Shown: piece after piece, positions 28,301 to 37,000 of the stretch
Layout of the letters: each line of letters starts with the position of its first letter
How positions within the stretch are numbered: the first letter of the stretch is position 1
From: an uncultured Bacteroidales bacterium
GTDB taxonomy: Bacteria; Bacteroidota; Bacteroidia; Bacteroidales; UBA3824
Length of the DNA stretch: 64,000 nucleotides
Reading direction: 5' to 3'
Assembly: GCA_905234655.1 (NCBI GenBank)
Contig: CAJOJG010000008.1
Span: forward strand, 2,205 to 66,204
Position numbers and translations under genes: made by a program
Notes under the pieces: model-generated
Told to the model about the DNA's origin: nothing
Seen by the model: the letters and a program-made list of their open reading frames with translations, nothing else
The model's database searches: none

Positions 28301-29799
28301 TTGACCTCAAGAACATCAACCCCAAGGCCGCCGTCTCCGTAAAACTCGTCGCAGAATCCGGCGTAGGCACTATCGCCGCCGGTGTCGCAAAGGCAAAGGC
28401 GGACCTCATCGTCGTCTCCGGCGCGGAAGGCGGCACGGGAGCGTCACCAGCCTCATCTATGCGCTTTGCGGGCATAAGCCCCGAAATCGGACTTGCAGAA
28501 ACCCAACAGACCCTCTCGCTCAACGGCCTGCGCGCCCAAGTCCGCCTTCAGACCGACGGTCAACTCAAGACTGGCCGCGATGTAATACTGATGGCGATGC
28601 TCGGTGCGGACGAGTTTGCGTTCGGAACATTGCCGCTCATAGTCCTCGGCTGCGTCATGATGCGTAAGTGCAACACTAACAACTGTCCTGTGGGTGTCGC
28701 AACCCAAGACCCGGCGTTCCGCGAGAAGTTCCGTGGCAAGTCCGACTATGTCGTCAACTACTTCACATTCCTTGCCCAGGAAGTCCGCGAATACCTTGCG
28801 GCGATGGGATTCAAGAAACTCTCCGACATCATCGGCCGCACCGACCTCATCAAGATAAAGCCCACAGCCGACGGCAGCAAGGCCTCGACGCTCGATTTCT
28901 CAAGGCTTTTGCACAAAATCGACGGCCAGTTGCACTGGGACGGACGCTCGTTTACCGAAGTCCAGGGTGTAAAGGACTTGACGATAATAGAAAGTTGCAA
29001 GGCCGCCATAGAGCAGGGGCGCGAAGTCCACTTGGACTACACTATTTGCAACACCGACCGCGCTTGTGGCACAATGCTTTCGGGCGTGATTGCTAAGAAA
29101 TACGGCGAGGACGGACTTCCCGACGGCACAATAAATGTCAAGTTCAAAGGCTCCGCCGGTCAAAGTTTTGGCGCGTTCCTGACTAAGGGTGTCAACTTCA
29201 GGCTCGAAGGCGAGACTAACGACTATTTTGGCAAAGGGCTTTCGGGCGGACGTATCTGCATACTGCCGCCATTGTCGAGCAACTTCGACGCGGAGAAGAA
29301 CATAATCGCCGGCAACACTGGACTTTACGGCGCGACAAGCGGCGAGTGTTACATCAATGGTTGTGTCGGCGAGCGTTTTGGAGTAAGGAACTCCGGCGCG
29401 ATAGCCGTCATCGAAGGCACTGGCGACCATTGTTGCGAGTACATGACAGGCGGACGTGTCGTCGTCCTCGGAAAGACCGGCAGGAACTTCGGCGCGGGAA
29501 TGTCGGGCGGCGTGGCATACGTATGGGACCCGGACAGGACTTTCGACTATTTCTGCAACCCCGACATGGTGGAACTCTCCCTCGTGGAAGAAAACACATA
29601 CCGCAAGGAACTCCACGAACTCCTGCTCCGCCATTGGAGTTACACAGGCAGCAAGCTCGCCCGGGCCCTCCTCGACGACTGGAACCGTTCCGTCCAGGAC
29701 TTCATACAAGTCGTCCCGATAGAGTACAAGAAAGTCCTCCACGAGGAACAACTCCAAAAACTCCGCAACAAAATCGCTGACATTCAGAGAGATTATTAA
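25309..29799 (+). CDS. gltB: Glutamate synthase large subunit
   Basis: EHDACGVG, HSRFSTNTFP, EPWDGPA, TGAMSFG, SNTGEGGE, KVAQGAKPGEGGQLPG, CVMMRKC..NNCPVG, GXGXG domain; TAACTTTG at 25260-25267. Confidence 0.97.
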   Translation: MQTTFPNPQGLYNPENEHDACGVGMVVNIHGNKSHELVDNALKVLENMRHRGAEGSDGKTGDGAGILLQIPHEFILLQGIPVPEKGKYGTGLVFLPGDTARQDAILQVFIEEIERVGLTLMHLRTVPVNSECLGDGARETEPDIRQIFITGISDDRLPEFESMLYRIRKRVENRIKDNDFYIVSLSSKSIIFKGMLTSMQLREYFLDLNNEYFTSGLALVHSRFSTNTFPEWKLAQPFRMLCHNGEINTIRGNRNWMKARESVLSSGKLGDVKDIRPICTPGMSDSASLDNVFEFFVMSGMSLPHAMSILVPESFNDKNPISDELKAFYEYHSILMEPWDGPAALLFSDGRFAGGMLDRNGLRPSRYVITNNDMMVVASETGVMDFEPTAIKQKGRLQPGKIIMIDTQEGKIYYDGDLKAQLAAEHPYKKWLNTNRIQLENLKSGRKVVNAVDDFERKLINFGYSTEDVERTIIPMCTNGAEPVAAMGNDTPLAVISDRPQIFFNYFRQQFAQVTNPAIDPIREELVMSLTEYIGSVGTDILTPDESNCKMVRLPHPVLNNTRLDILCNIRYKGFNTTKLPLLYDPAKGETALKNALDDLCKKAEESVENGINYIILTDRDLDKSKAVIPSLLAVSAVHHYLISVGKRVQTALIVESGEIREVMHAALLLGYGASAICPYMTFAVIDDLVTRHKIQEDYETAEKNYIKAVCKGLFKIMSKMGISTIRSYRGAKIFESIGLGEDLLRTYFGTETSTIGGIGLRHIAADAKALHEQAYGPVDTPEFPGNPGLFSFRKDGITHAWAPETIATLQIATRTGSYDKYKQFTSLVDNKPKPIFIRDFMDFETGKRAIPVDEVEPVENIVKHFVTGAMSFGALSIEAHEAIALAMNRLGTRSNTGEGGEDNKRYHETVDGVSLASKTKQIASGRFGVTAEYLVNGEEIQIKVAQGAKPGEGGQLPGFKVNEIIAKTRNSIPGISLISPPPHHDIYSIEDLAQLIFDLKNINPKAAVSVKLVAESGVGTIAAGVAKAKADLIVVSGAEGGTGASPASSMRFAGISPEIGLAETQQTLSLNGLRAQVRLQTDGQLKTGRDVILMAMLGADEFAFGTLPLIVLGCVMMRKCNTNNCPVGVATQDPAFREKFRGKSDYVVNYFTFLAQEVREYLAAMGFKKLSDIIGRTDLIKIKPTADGSKASTLDFSRLLHKIDGQLHWDGRSFTEVQGVKDLTIIESCKAAIEQGREVHLDYTICNTDRACGTMLSGVIAKKYGEDGLPDGTINVKFKGSAGQSFGAFLTKGVNFRLEGETNDYFGKGLSGGRICILPPLSSNFDAEKNIIAGNTGLYGATSGECYINGCVGERFGVRNSGAIAVIEGTGDHCCEYMTGGRVVVLGKTGRNFGAGMSGGVAYVWDPDRTFDYFCNPDMVELSLVEENTYRKELHELLLRHWSYTGSKLARALLDDWNRSVQDFIQVVPIEYKKVLHEEQLQKLRNKIADIQRDY

Positions 29800-29804
29800 C
29801 ATAC

Positions 29805-29981
29805 AATGCATAATTCATAATGCATAATTCATAATTGGGCGTCCGCATGATGAAATTAAAAAGCGGCTACCGAACAATGCTTGAATTATCAATTACGAAA
29901 TTTTCGACCGCCGGATGGCAATTATGAAATCTTGCGGCCGCCGGATGGCAATTATGAATTATGCATTATGAATTATGAATT
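29805..29981. repeat. 7-bp-periodic (AATTATG) 33-bp inverted repeat with internal 21-bp direct repeat between gltB and gltD
   Basis: 29805-29837 AATGCATAATTCATAATGCATAATTCATAATTG versus 29949-29981 CAATTATGAATTATGCATTATGAATTATGAATT (1 mismatch); CCGCCGGATGGCAATTATGAA at 29908 and 29938. Confidence 0.85.
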
Positions 29982-29991
29982 AAGAAAAATC

Positions 29992-31332
29992 ATGGGAATA
30001 CCGAGAGCATTTTTGACTGTTCCACGTAAGGACGCCGGGCATAGGCCGGTGGAGGAGCGCATACACGACTTCTCCGAGATGGAACAGACCCTAAATACAA
30101 AAGACCGCCAGGCACAGGCGTCAAGGTGCATGGATTGTGGCGTGCCGTTCTGCCACTGGGCGTGTCCCCTTGGCAACAAGCAGCCCGAATGGAACGACGC
30201 ACTCTGCAAGGGCGACTGGGAACTTGCATACAAACTCCTGAGCAAGACAAACGACTTCCCCGAGTTCACGGGAAGGATTTGTCCGGCGTTGTGCGAGAAG
30301 TCATGCGTCCTTAACCTCACAATGGGCGAGGCCGTGACATGCCGCGAGAACGAGTGCGCAATCATTGAACGCGCTTTCCAGGAGAGTTACATCGTCCCCG
30401 ACAAGAACATCCGCCGCAACGGAAAGAAAGTACTCGTCATCGGCGCAGGCCCGGCAGGTCTCGCCGCTGCAAACCAGTTGAACCACAAAGGCTTCCTCGT
30501 CACAGTCTACGAGAAGAACGAGGCGGCTGGCGGATTGGTAAGGTTTGGAATCCCAAATTTCAAACTGTCCAAGAGCGTCATCGACCGCAGAATCCGGCTC
30601 ATGACGGAAGAAGGCATCGTCTTCGAGTACAACAAGACCGTCGACTACGCCCAATTGCCTGAAGGCTACGACGCTTACGTCATCGCCACCGGCACGCCAC
30701 AAGCCCGCGACCTGAAAGTCGAAGGCCGCGAACTTAAAGGCGTATATTTTGCGCTCGAAATGTTGAGCCAGCAGAACCGAATCCTCGCCGGCGTGTCATA
30801 CCCGCCCGACGAACTTGTCACCGCCAAAAACAAGCGCGTCCTCGTCATCGGCGGCGGCGACACCGGCAGCGACTGCATCGGCACGTCTCACCGTCAAGGC
30901 GCATTGTCGGTAACTCAAATCGAGATAATGCCAAAGCCGCCCGAGGGTCATAACCCCGCCACGCCTTGGCCTTATTGGCCTCAAATCCTCAAGACGACAA
31001 CATCGCACGAGGAGGGCTGCGACCGCCGTTGGCTGTTGAACACAAACCGTTTCATCGGCAAAGACGGCGTATTGACCGGGGCGGAAGTCGAGGAAGTAGA
31101 ATGGATTCCAAACCCCGACGGCGGCCGTCCGACGATGAATCCGACCGGAAAGAAGGAGATAATCGAATGTGACATGGCGCTCCTCGCGATGGGATTCCTC
31201 AAGCAGCAACTGCCCGAACTGCCCGAAAATGTGTTCGTAGCAGGCGACGCAGCCTCCGGCGCATCCCTCGTCGTCCGCGCAATCGCCTCCGGCCGCGATG
31301 TCGCCAACAAAGTTGAAAAGTTTTTAAAATAA
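29992..31332 (+). CDS. gltD: Glutamate synthase small subunit
   Basis: RCMDCGVPFCHWACP, FPEFTGRICPALCE, GAGPAGLAAA, IGGGDTGSDC, GDAASGASLVVRAI. True start MGIPRAFL; the upstream ORF extension is repeat-derived. Confidence 0.96.
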   Translation: MGIPRAFLTVPRKDAGHRPVEERIHDFSEMEQTLNTKDRQAQASRCMDCGVPFCHWACPLGNKQPEWNDALCKGDWELAYKLLSKTNDFPEFTGRICPALCEKSCVLNLTMGEAVTCRENECAIIERAFQESYIVPDKNIRRNGKKVLVIGAGPAGLAAANQLNHKGFLVTVYEKNEAAGGLVRFGIPNFKLSKSVIDRRIRLMTEEGIVFEYNKTVDYAQLPEGYDAYVIATGTPQARDLKVEGRELKGVYFALEMLSQQNRILAGVSYPPDELVTAKNKRVLVIGGGDTGSDCIGTSHRQGALSVTQIEIMPKPPEGHNPATPWPYWPQILKTTTSHEEGCDRRWLLNTNRFIGKDGVLTGAEVEEVEWIPNPDGGRPTMNPTGKKEIIECDMALLAMGFLKQQLPELPENVFVAGDAASGASLVVRAIASGRDVANKVEKFLK

Positions 31333-31337
31333 GAATT

Positions 31338-33002
31338 ATGTGTGGAATTGTTGGAATATTCAATATAAAGTCGCAGCCTGAGAAACTTAGGCAGCGCGCC
31401 CTGTCCCAATCGAGCAAAATCCGTCACCGTGGACCCGATTGGTCAGGAATCTACGTCGGCAAGACGGCTATCCTGGCGCATGAAAGGCTCTCTATCGTGG
31501 ACCCGCAGTCGGGCAGCCAGCCACTGAAGACGAAGGAGGGCGACGTGATTTTGGCTGTGAACGGTGAAATATATAACCACCGCGAAATCCGTCAGCAGTT
31601 CGAGGGCAAATACGAGTTCCAGACCGGCTCGGACTGTGAGGTAATACTCGCACTCTACAAACAGAAGGGCATCGACTTCTTGGAAGATTTGTCGGGAATC
31701 TTTGCATTCGCGCTCTACGACGAGGCGGCGGACGAGTACCTGATTGCCCGCGACCCGGTTGGCGTGATACCTCTCTACATCGGCCACGACACGGACGGTC
31801 ATCTGTGCGTCGCGTCGGAGTTGAAGGCGTTGGAAGGCTTTTGCGCCGAGTACGAGGTCTTCCTGCCCGGTCACTACTATTCGAGCCGCACTGGGAAGAT
31901 GGAACGGTGGTACAAGCGCGACTGGAAGGATTATGACGCTGTTAAGGACAGCCAAATCAACGGCGAGGACATCCGGCAGGCCCTCATGTCCGCCGTCCAA
32001 CGCCAACTGATGAGCGACGTGCCATACGGCGTGCTGCTCTCCGGCGGTTTGGACTCGTCGATTGTCAGTGCCATTGCCAAGAAATTCGCCGCAAAGCGTA
32101 TTGAGACCGATAGCAAGCATGATGCCTGGTGGCCACAGTTGCACTCTTTTGCGGTTGGGCTTAAGGATTCGCCCGACCTCGCCGCAGCGCGTAAGGTCGC
32201 CGAGTATATCGGCACTGTCCACCATGAAATAAACTACACAATCCAGGAAGGCCTCGACGCAATCCGCGATGTGATTTATTATATTGAGACATACGACGTT
32301 ACGACCGTCAGGGCAAGCACTCCGATGTACCTCTTGGCGCGTGTCATAAAGAGCATGGGCATTAAGATGGTATTGTCGGGCGAGGGCGCGGACGAGATTT
32401 TCGGCGGCTACTTGTACTTCCACAAGGCTCCCGACGCTAAGGCGTTCCACGAGGAGACCGTCCGCAAACTTTCCAAGCTCTACCTCTACGACTGTCTCCG
32501 CGCCAACAAGTCGCTCGCCGCATGGGGCGTCGAAGGGCGTGTGCCGTTCTTGGACAAGGAGTTCCTCGATGTCGCCATGCGCCTCGACCCCGAAAAGAAG
32601 ATGGCGACGGACGGCAAGATTGAGAAGCACATCCTCCGCAAGGCGTTTGAGGACATGTTGCCCGAGAGCGTGTGCTGGCGTCAGAAGGAGCAATTCTCGG
32701 ACGGCGTGGGCTACGGCTGGATCGACACGTTGAAGAAGATAACGTCGGAGGCGGTTTCTGACGAGATGATGGCCCACGTCAAGGAGCGTTTCCCGGTCAA
32801 CCCGCCGATGAACAAGGAGGAGTACTATTACAGGTCTATTTTTGAGGAGCATTTCCCGTCGCGCTCCGCCGCCTTGACCGTGCCAAGTATCCCGTCAGTG
32901 GCTTGCAGCACCGCCGAGGCCCTCGCCTGGGACGCTTCCTTCCGCAAACTCAACGACCCCTCCGGCCGCGCCGTCAGCGGTGTCCACCAAAAAGGATATT
33001 GA
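31338..33002 (+). CDS. asnB: Asparagine synthetase B
   Basis: MCGIVG, RHRGPDWSG, HERLSIVD, NGEIYNH, LLSGGLDSS, SGEGADEIFGGY, RQKEQFSDGVG. Confidence 0.97.
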   Translation: MCGIVGIFNIKSQPEKLRQRALSQSSKIRHRGPDWSGIYVGKTAILAHERLSIVDPQSGSQPLKTKEGDVILAVNGEIYNHREIRQQFEGKYEFQTGSDCEVILALYKQKGIDFLEDLSGIFAFALYDEAADEYLIARDPVGVIPLYIGHDTDGHLCVASELKALEGFCAEYEVFLPGHYYSSRTGKMERWYKRDWKDYDAVKDSQINGEDIRQALMSAVQRQLMSDVPYGVLLSGGLDSSIVSAIAKKFAAKRIETDSKHDAWWPQLHSFAVGLKDSPDLAAARKVAEYIGTVHHEINYTIQEGLDAIRDVIYYIETYDVTTVRASTPMYLLARVIKSMGIKMVLSGEGADEIFGGYLYFHKAPDAKAFHEETVRKLSKLYLYDCLRANKSLAAWGVEGRVPFLDKEFLDVAMRLDPEKKMATDGKIEKHILRKAFEDMLPESVCWRQKEQFSDGVGYGWIDTLKKITSEAVSDEMMAHVKERFPVNPPMNKEEYYYRSIFEEHFPSRSAALTVPSIPSVACSTAEALAWDASFRKLNDPSGRAVSGVHQKGY

Positions 33003-33027
33003 TGTTTTTTTGTATAGCAGCAAGAAG

Positions 33028-33071
33028 GAAAGGCCATCCGGCAGAACGCAAGTTTCTAATGGATGGCCTTT
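33028..33071. terminator. Hairpin between convergent asnB and SEL1 gene (likely bidirectional terminator)
   Basis: AAAGGCCATCC...GGATGGCCTTT 11-bp perfect stem. Confidence 0.6.
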
Positions 33072-33097
33072 CTGAATGTTGGGGGGGGGCGGTATTA

Positions 33098-34522
33098 CTA
33101 TTTCTTTTTTCCAAGTGGTGCATCGGACACAATCGTCAAAACAAGGTCGTGGCTTTCTTCGGAAATAACAACGTCCAATATGGCTTTTGCCTTGGCTGCC
33201 TCGCTACTCTCAATTTGTATACTAATTGTAGCACCTAACAATTGCGAAAGAATCTGTTTGTTGGAACGCAATATTTTGTCGTCAAAACGAGAAGGTATGT
33301 TGCTTTTGGTGAAAAAATCAAGGCTTCCTTTCTTGACTGTAATTTTGCTGATGTTAAATGGTGTTTTATTTACTAATACAACGTCGTCTTGCAGTTTCAG
33401 TTTATATGGGACAATGCGCGAAATATTATACACAGTGGCGGTTTTGGCATCAAGTTCTGCAAGGGCTTTCTTGGCTTGTTCATAACCCTGATTAGCCGAC
33501 TGCTGATACCATTCCTTTGCTTTTTCAATATCTTTTTGACAGCCCAATCCATATTCGTATAAAATGCCGACCAAAAATTGCGCCTGATCATGCCCTTGCG
33601 CTGCGCTTTTCAGTGCCCATTTCATAGCGTTGTCATAATCTTTTGCCACACCCTCTCCATTGTAATATCGTACTGCCAAATTATATTGTGCGTTTGAATT
33701 TCCCTGTTCGGCAGCTTTCGTAAATAACTTCAATCCTTCTTGTTCATTTTTTTCTACGCCATCACCTTGGAAGTAACATATAGCCAACTTGTTTTGGGCA
33801 GGTGCATATCCTTGTACCGCTGATTTTTTGAACCAGAATATGGCTTGTTGCAAATCTTTTTTAATACCGTAGCCTTCATCGTAGCATCTTCCCAACATGT
33901 ATTGTCCCTCGGCATTGCCCCATTCAGCTGCAATCTTGAAACACTTAACTGCCTGTTGTCTTCTGTCGTAACTTTTACCTTGCGAGTAATTATAGCCTAA
34001 ATCGACCATCTTTTTTCCGTCCTTACTTTGCATTGCAGCAGCGAAGGCTTCTCCGTTGACACAACGATCATCGCCATTGTCTTTGCCTTTCCTGTACCAT
34101 TTCAACGCCTCTGTGTAATTTTTCATTTGCACATAGCACTCTCCCAACTGGAAGTTGGCATCGTAGCCTTGAGCGGCAGCCTTCTTATACCATACCAACG
34201 CCTGTTGCACATTTTCCTTTACGCCCGTTCCATACTGGTTGCACATTCCAAAACCGAATTGTGCATCGGCATTACCGAGTTCTGCTGCCGCTTTATAGCA
34301 TTTGGCCATTTCTTCTAATTTATTTATTTCGGCGCAATCCAATGCCATCATAAGCAACGCATCGGCATCCTTGTCTTGCTTGGCTTTGGCGAATTGCGCC
34401 TCAAAATCACCTGCATCCCAAGAATTTCCCTCGTGAACCGTGGCCGTTACAACAGGTGCTTGTCCCAGCACGTTCACCACTGCCATTACCATCATCACCA
34501 ATACGATTGCAAACTTTTTCAT
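33098..34522 (-). CDS. Secreted SEL1-like repeat protein
   Basis: Signal peptide; about 7 Sel1 repeats (AAELGNADAQFGFG, AQYNLAVRYYNGEGV..DYDNAMKW); AT-richer than neighbours (about 42% GC in a 120-nt sample). Confidence 0.9.
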   Translation of the reverse strand: MKKFAIVLVMMVMAVVNVLGQAPVVTATVHEGNSWDAGDFEAQFAKAKQDKDADALLMMALDCAEINKLEEMAKCYKAAAELGNADAQFGFGMCNQYGTGVKENVQQALVWYKKAAAQGYDANFQLGECYVQMKNYTEALKWYRKGKDNGDDRCVNGEAFAAAMQSKDGKKMVDLGYNYSQGKSYDRRQQAVKCFKIAAEWGNAEGQYMLGRCYDEGYGIKKDLQQAIFWFKKSAVQGYAPAQNKLAICYFQGDGVEKNEQEGLKLFTKAAEQGNSNAQYNLAVRYYNGEGVAKDYDNAMKWALKSAAQGHDQAQFLVGILYEYGLGCQKDIEKAKEWYQQSANQGYEQAKKALAELDAKTATVYNISRIVPYKLKLQDDVVLVNKTPFNISKITVKKGSLDFFTKSNIPSRFDDKILRSNKQILSQLLGATISIQIESSEAAKAKAILDVVISEESHDLVLTIVSDAPLGKKK

Positions 34523-34580
34523 AGTACTTTCCTCCTTGTTTTGACACCGCCCTCATCAAAAAGCTATGAAAACAAAATCA

Positions 34581-34799
34581 GCGTAAACCGTATCATAACT
34601 TTTTTCTGTTGAGGTTCTGGACTACCTGGGTTAGTAATAAAGTACGATACGGTTCACGCCAATGGTATTTAAGCGTGAACCTACCGCGCTGTTCTATACT
34701 AACCCTTGAAATTGTCCAGATTTCAACAGAAAAGAATCAGGCGTTGAGATTAATATTTATGTTAGCTATACACGTGGATTGCTCCACGGCGCAAATATA
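34581..34799 (-). promoter_or_regulatory. -7 box (34792-34799) followed by a long structured 5' leader with mutually exclusive helices
   Basis: Pairings 34602-34612/34723-34733, 34616-34622/34714-34720, 34628-34636/34697-34705. Segment 34646-34659 can pair either with 34673-34681 or with 34581-34594. Confidence 0.6.
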
Positions 34800-34918
34800 G
34801 AACTATCTTGTTTCGTTTCCAAACTTTTTTAGGTTTTTTAGGAAAATAGTCAACCTCCTGTTGCGTCTTTGTGCGCCAAAATAAGGCTGTGAGTATTTCT
34901 GCGAATAACTGTTACGAT

Positions 34919-35119
34919 TCATGCGCTCGACAATGGCAAAATATCGAACATTGCCCTCACATCGTAATCGTCACCATTGAACCAAATTACATCCTTCTCA
35001 CCAGCGAAAAGTTGCTGAAGAACCGTAGATTTTCCTGTTTGGCGAGCACCAACAATGATGATTGCCTTGCCCTTACCACATTGATTTCGAATTATATTCG
35101 CTAACTCTCTGTTTATCAT
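34919..35119 (-). pseudogene. Truncated AAA ATPase (AAA_14/DUF4143-type) N-terminus
   Basis: MINREL...KAIIIVGARQTGKST Walker A, then a stop at 66 aa before Walker B. Confidence 0.8.
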
Positions 35120-35160
35120 GGTTTTTGTACATTAACATTGCATTACAACAATGCAAATGT

Positions 35161-35224
35161 ACAACTTTTTTGGAATTGAATCCAAAAAAGTTACGACTTT
35201 TTCGGAATTGAATCCAAAAAAGTC
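35161..35224. repeat. Two tandem 32-bp palindromes abutting the AAA-gene promoter
   Basis: ACAACTTTTTTGGAATTGAATCCAAAAAAGTT then ACGACTTTTTCGGAATTGAATCCAAAAAAGTC; -7 box TACATTTG on - strand at 35154-35161. Confidence 0.85.
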
Positions 35225-35233
35225 GTTTGATTA

Positions 35234-35715
35234 TCATAACCTCACTCGGTACAGGCGGTTATCAATCTTATGATAATACGTCACAATCTTTTCGAGTGCT
35301 TCGGCGACGGGGAGGTCAATTTCGAAAGATGAAATTGCGCGGGAGTCGAGTTGACGCTGGACTTAGTTCCCACGACGAGGCGAGGATGAGCGGTTTGCCC
35401 GCCGTAAATTCCACGCTGTCAACGAGTTGCTCGGCAACGTAGCCGTCTTCAACAAAGTCAACGTCGATGCTCACGCCGTCGGAAATGTTGTTCTTGAAAT
35501 ATTCTGCAATCGCCGGGCGGAACTTCTCGGGCGTATTGTCGGTGGAAACCGTTTTCAAAGGTCAGCATCGCAGTAGTTTTCAGCTGGCAGCCCGGCGAAC
35601 AGTTTGCAATCGGCGCCGCGCCCTTGATGGCGACGACCGTGTTTGTGGCGCCCACAGCGCAGGCGTATCTTACATCGGATATTACCGAAGATTTTTTCTT
35701 CTTGATTTCGCTCAT
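35234..35715 (-). pseudogene. Collapsed remnant of a nitrogenase-like operon (component-1 N- and C-terminal fragments plus NifX/NifB-like tail)
   Basis: Frame 1: RYACAVGA..TVVAIKGAAPIANCSPGC...FENGF. Frame 2: TDNTPEKFRPAI...DVDFVEDG...LILASSWE. Third piece (35234-35362): VQRQLDSRAISSFEIDLPVAEALEKIVTYY. TACCTTTG box at 35749-35756. Confidence 0.6.
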
Positions 35716-35860
35716 TTTTTTGATGTTTGTTATGATTTATTTACGGCACAAAGGTACGATGATAGGAATCTTTAACCAAAAGAAAATAAAAATTTGGAAT
35801 AAATATCCATAGCAACAGCGTATTTGAGAATTATAATCATTACTTTGTTTTAATCAACAC

Positions 35861-35900
35861 AAAAAAACGCCCGGAACCATCATCTGATTCCGGGCGTTTT
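35861..35900 (-). terminator. Intrinsic terminator after barrel gene
   Basis: AAAAAAACGCCCGGAA...TTCCGGGCGTTTT; gives a T7 tail on the - strand. Confidence 0.8.
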
Positions 35901-35933
35901 ATTCTCGTGAGTTTCTAACCCAATTGTTGTCGA

Positions 35934-36779
35934 TTAGTTCAAGTACTTAGGACGTGCAACGTGCTTAACACCACAGGGAGTGAAAGTGTAGCCGAAGGTA
36001 ATCATAGCAGTCGTGTACTGATCCCAGTGGTCGCCACCGCGAACCGAACCGCTCTTGAAGTTACCCCTTGCTGCGCTCTGGAGCCTGCCGAAAGTGCTGT
36101 TAGAAGGTGTGCCACCTACAGGGTTACTTGTTACATTGTCGAGGTAGTCGGTGAAGGCGATGTGCTGCAACAACTCAACACCCCAGTTGAACTTCTTGTT
36201 GACTTGGTACTTGAAGCCGAGACCGTAGGGAAGGGTCAAGGTAGTACCATCGTACCAACGACGAGCCTCTGCGCCGACGTGGCGGGTCCTGTACCAGATA
36301 GCTGCGTTGTGGTCGTTCCTGATGCTGGACATCGGCTCGTAGAATGCGCCGCCGAAACCAACAGTGATGTAGCCAGACCACTTCTGACCGAATGTAGACT
36401 CAGGAGTTACATCTTTGGGCTTGAGGAAGTAGAAGTTGAGCATTGCGTTGATGTCGAACACCCATGTGCGGAAGTTCAAACCACGTTTCTTTGCATAGTC
36501 AACATCTGAATCAGCGTCAAAACCCTGCAATCTCGAAAGGAGAAGGTTAGCCCTCCAGCTGAATCTCTCAGCGAACCTGTTCTCATAACCGAGTTGAAGC
36601 GAACCATTGATTGTCTTAAAAGGAATCTTGTGACCATCAACAGGACATACATCAGCCTCAGTTACATTGCCACCGATGCCCCAGTAGAGACTGTGACGGG
36701 CGGACTTCCATGATGCCTGTGCAAAGACACCACTTACTGTGAATAATGCCACTACAATAAAGGCGATTACTTTTTTCAT
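35934..36779 (-). CDS. Outer-membrane beta-barrel protein, DUF6089-like (paralog 2)
   Basis: Signal peptide; RGLNF, LPYGLGFKY, FTDYLDNV, RG...DQYTT; aligns by eye with 37001-37924; own -7 box at 36883-36890. Confidence 0.7.
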   Translation of the reverse strand: MKKVIAFIVVALFTVSGVFAQASWKSARHSLYWGIGGNVTEADVCPVDGHKIPFKTINGSLQLGYENRFAERFSWRANLLLSRLQGFDADSDVDYAKKRGLNFRTWVFDINAMLNFYFLKPKDVTPESTFGQKWSGYITVGFGGAFYEPMSSIRNDHNAAIWYRTRHVGAEARRWYDGTTLTLPYGLGFKYQVNKKFNWGVELLQHIAFTDYLDNVTSNPVGGTPSNSTFGRLQSAARGNFKSGSVRGGDHWDQYTTAMITFGYTFTPCGVKHVARPKYLN

Positions 36780-37000
36780 AACTTTTATAATAATTAATAT
36801 TTATTGATTTAATTCTAAGTTTTTAATTAGTAAACCAATGCGGTTGTTATGTCAGCCTCGATTTTACCATCGAAAACTTGTGCAAATATATAAAGAAATT
36901 CAATACGCAGCAAAAAAAATCAAAAAAAAAATCAATTTTTTGAAACATATTTGTATCATATTGTTTATCAACGAATTACAAAGAGTGATTTTTGCCACTT

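Noticed and set aside
29881-29991. N-terminal extension of GltD with RPPDGNYE repeats
   Set aside because: It is a translation of the intergenic repeat; the family-typical start is ATG 29992.
35161-35224. 32-bp palindromic repeats as a possible CRISPR array
   Set aside because: Only two units, directly adjacent with no spacer, and no cas genes.
35234-35715. Evidence for nitrogen fixation near GS/GOGAT genes
   Set aside because: Only short disrupted fragments, with no nifH or intact nifDK; the sequence looks like nitrogenase-like paralogs rather than canonical Nif.
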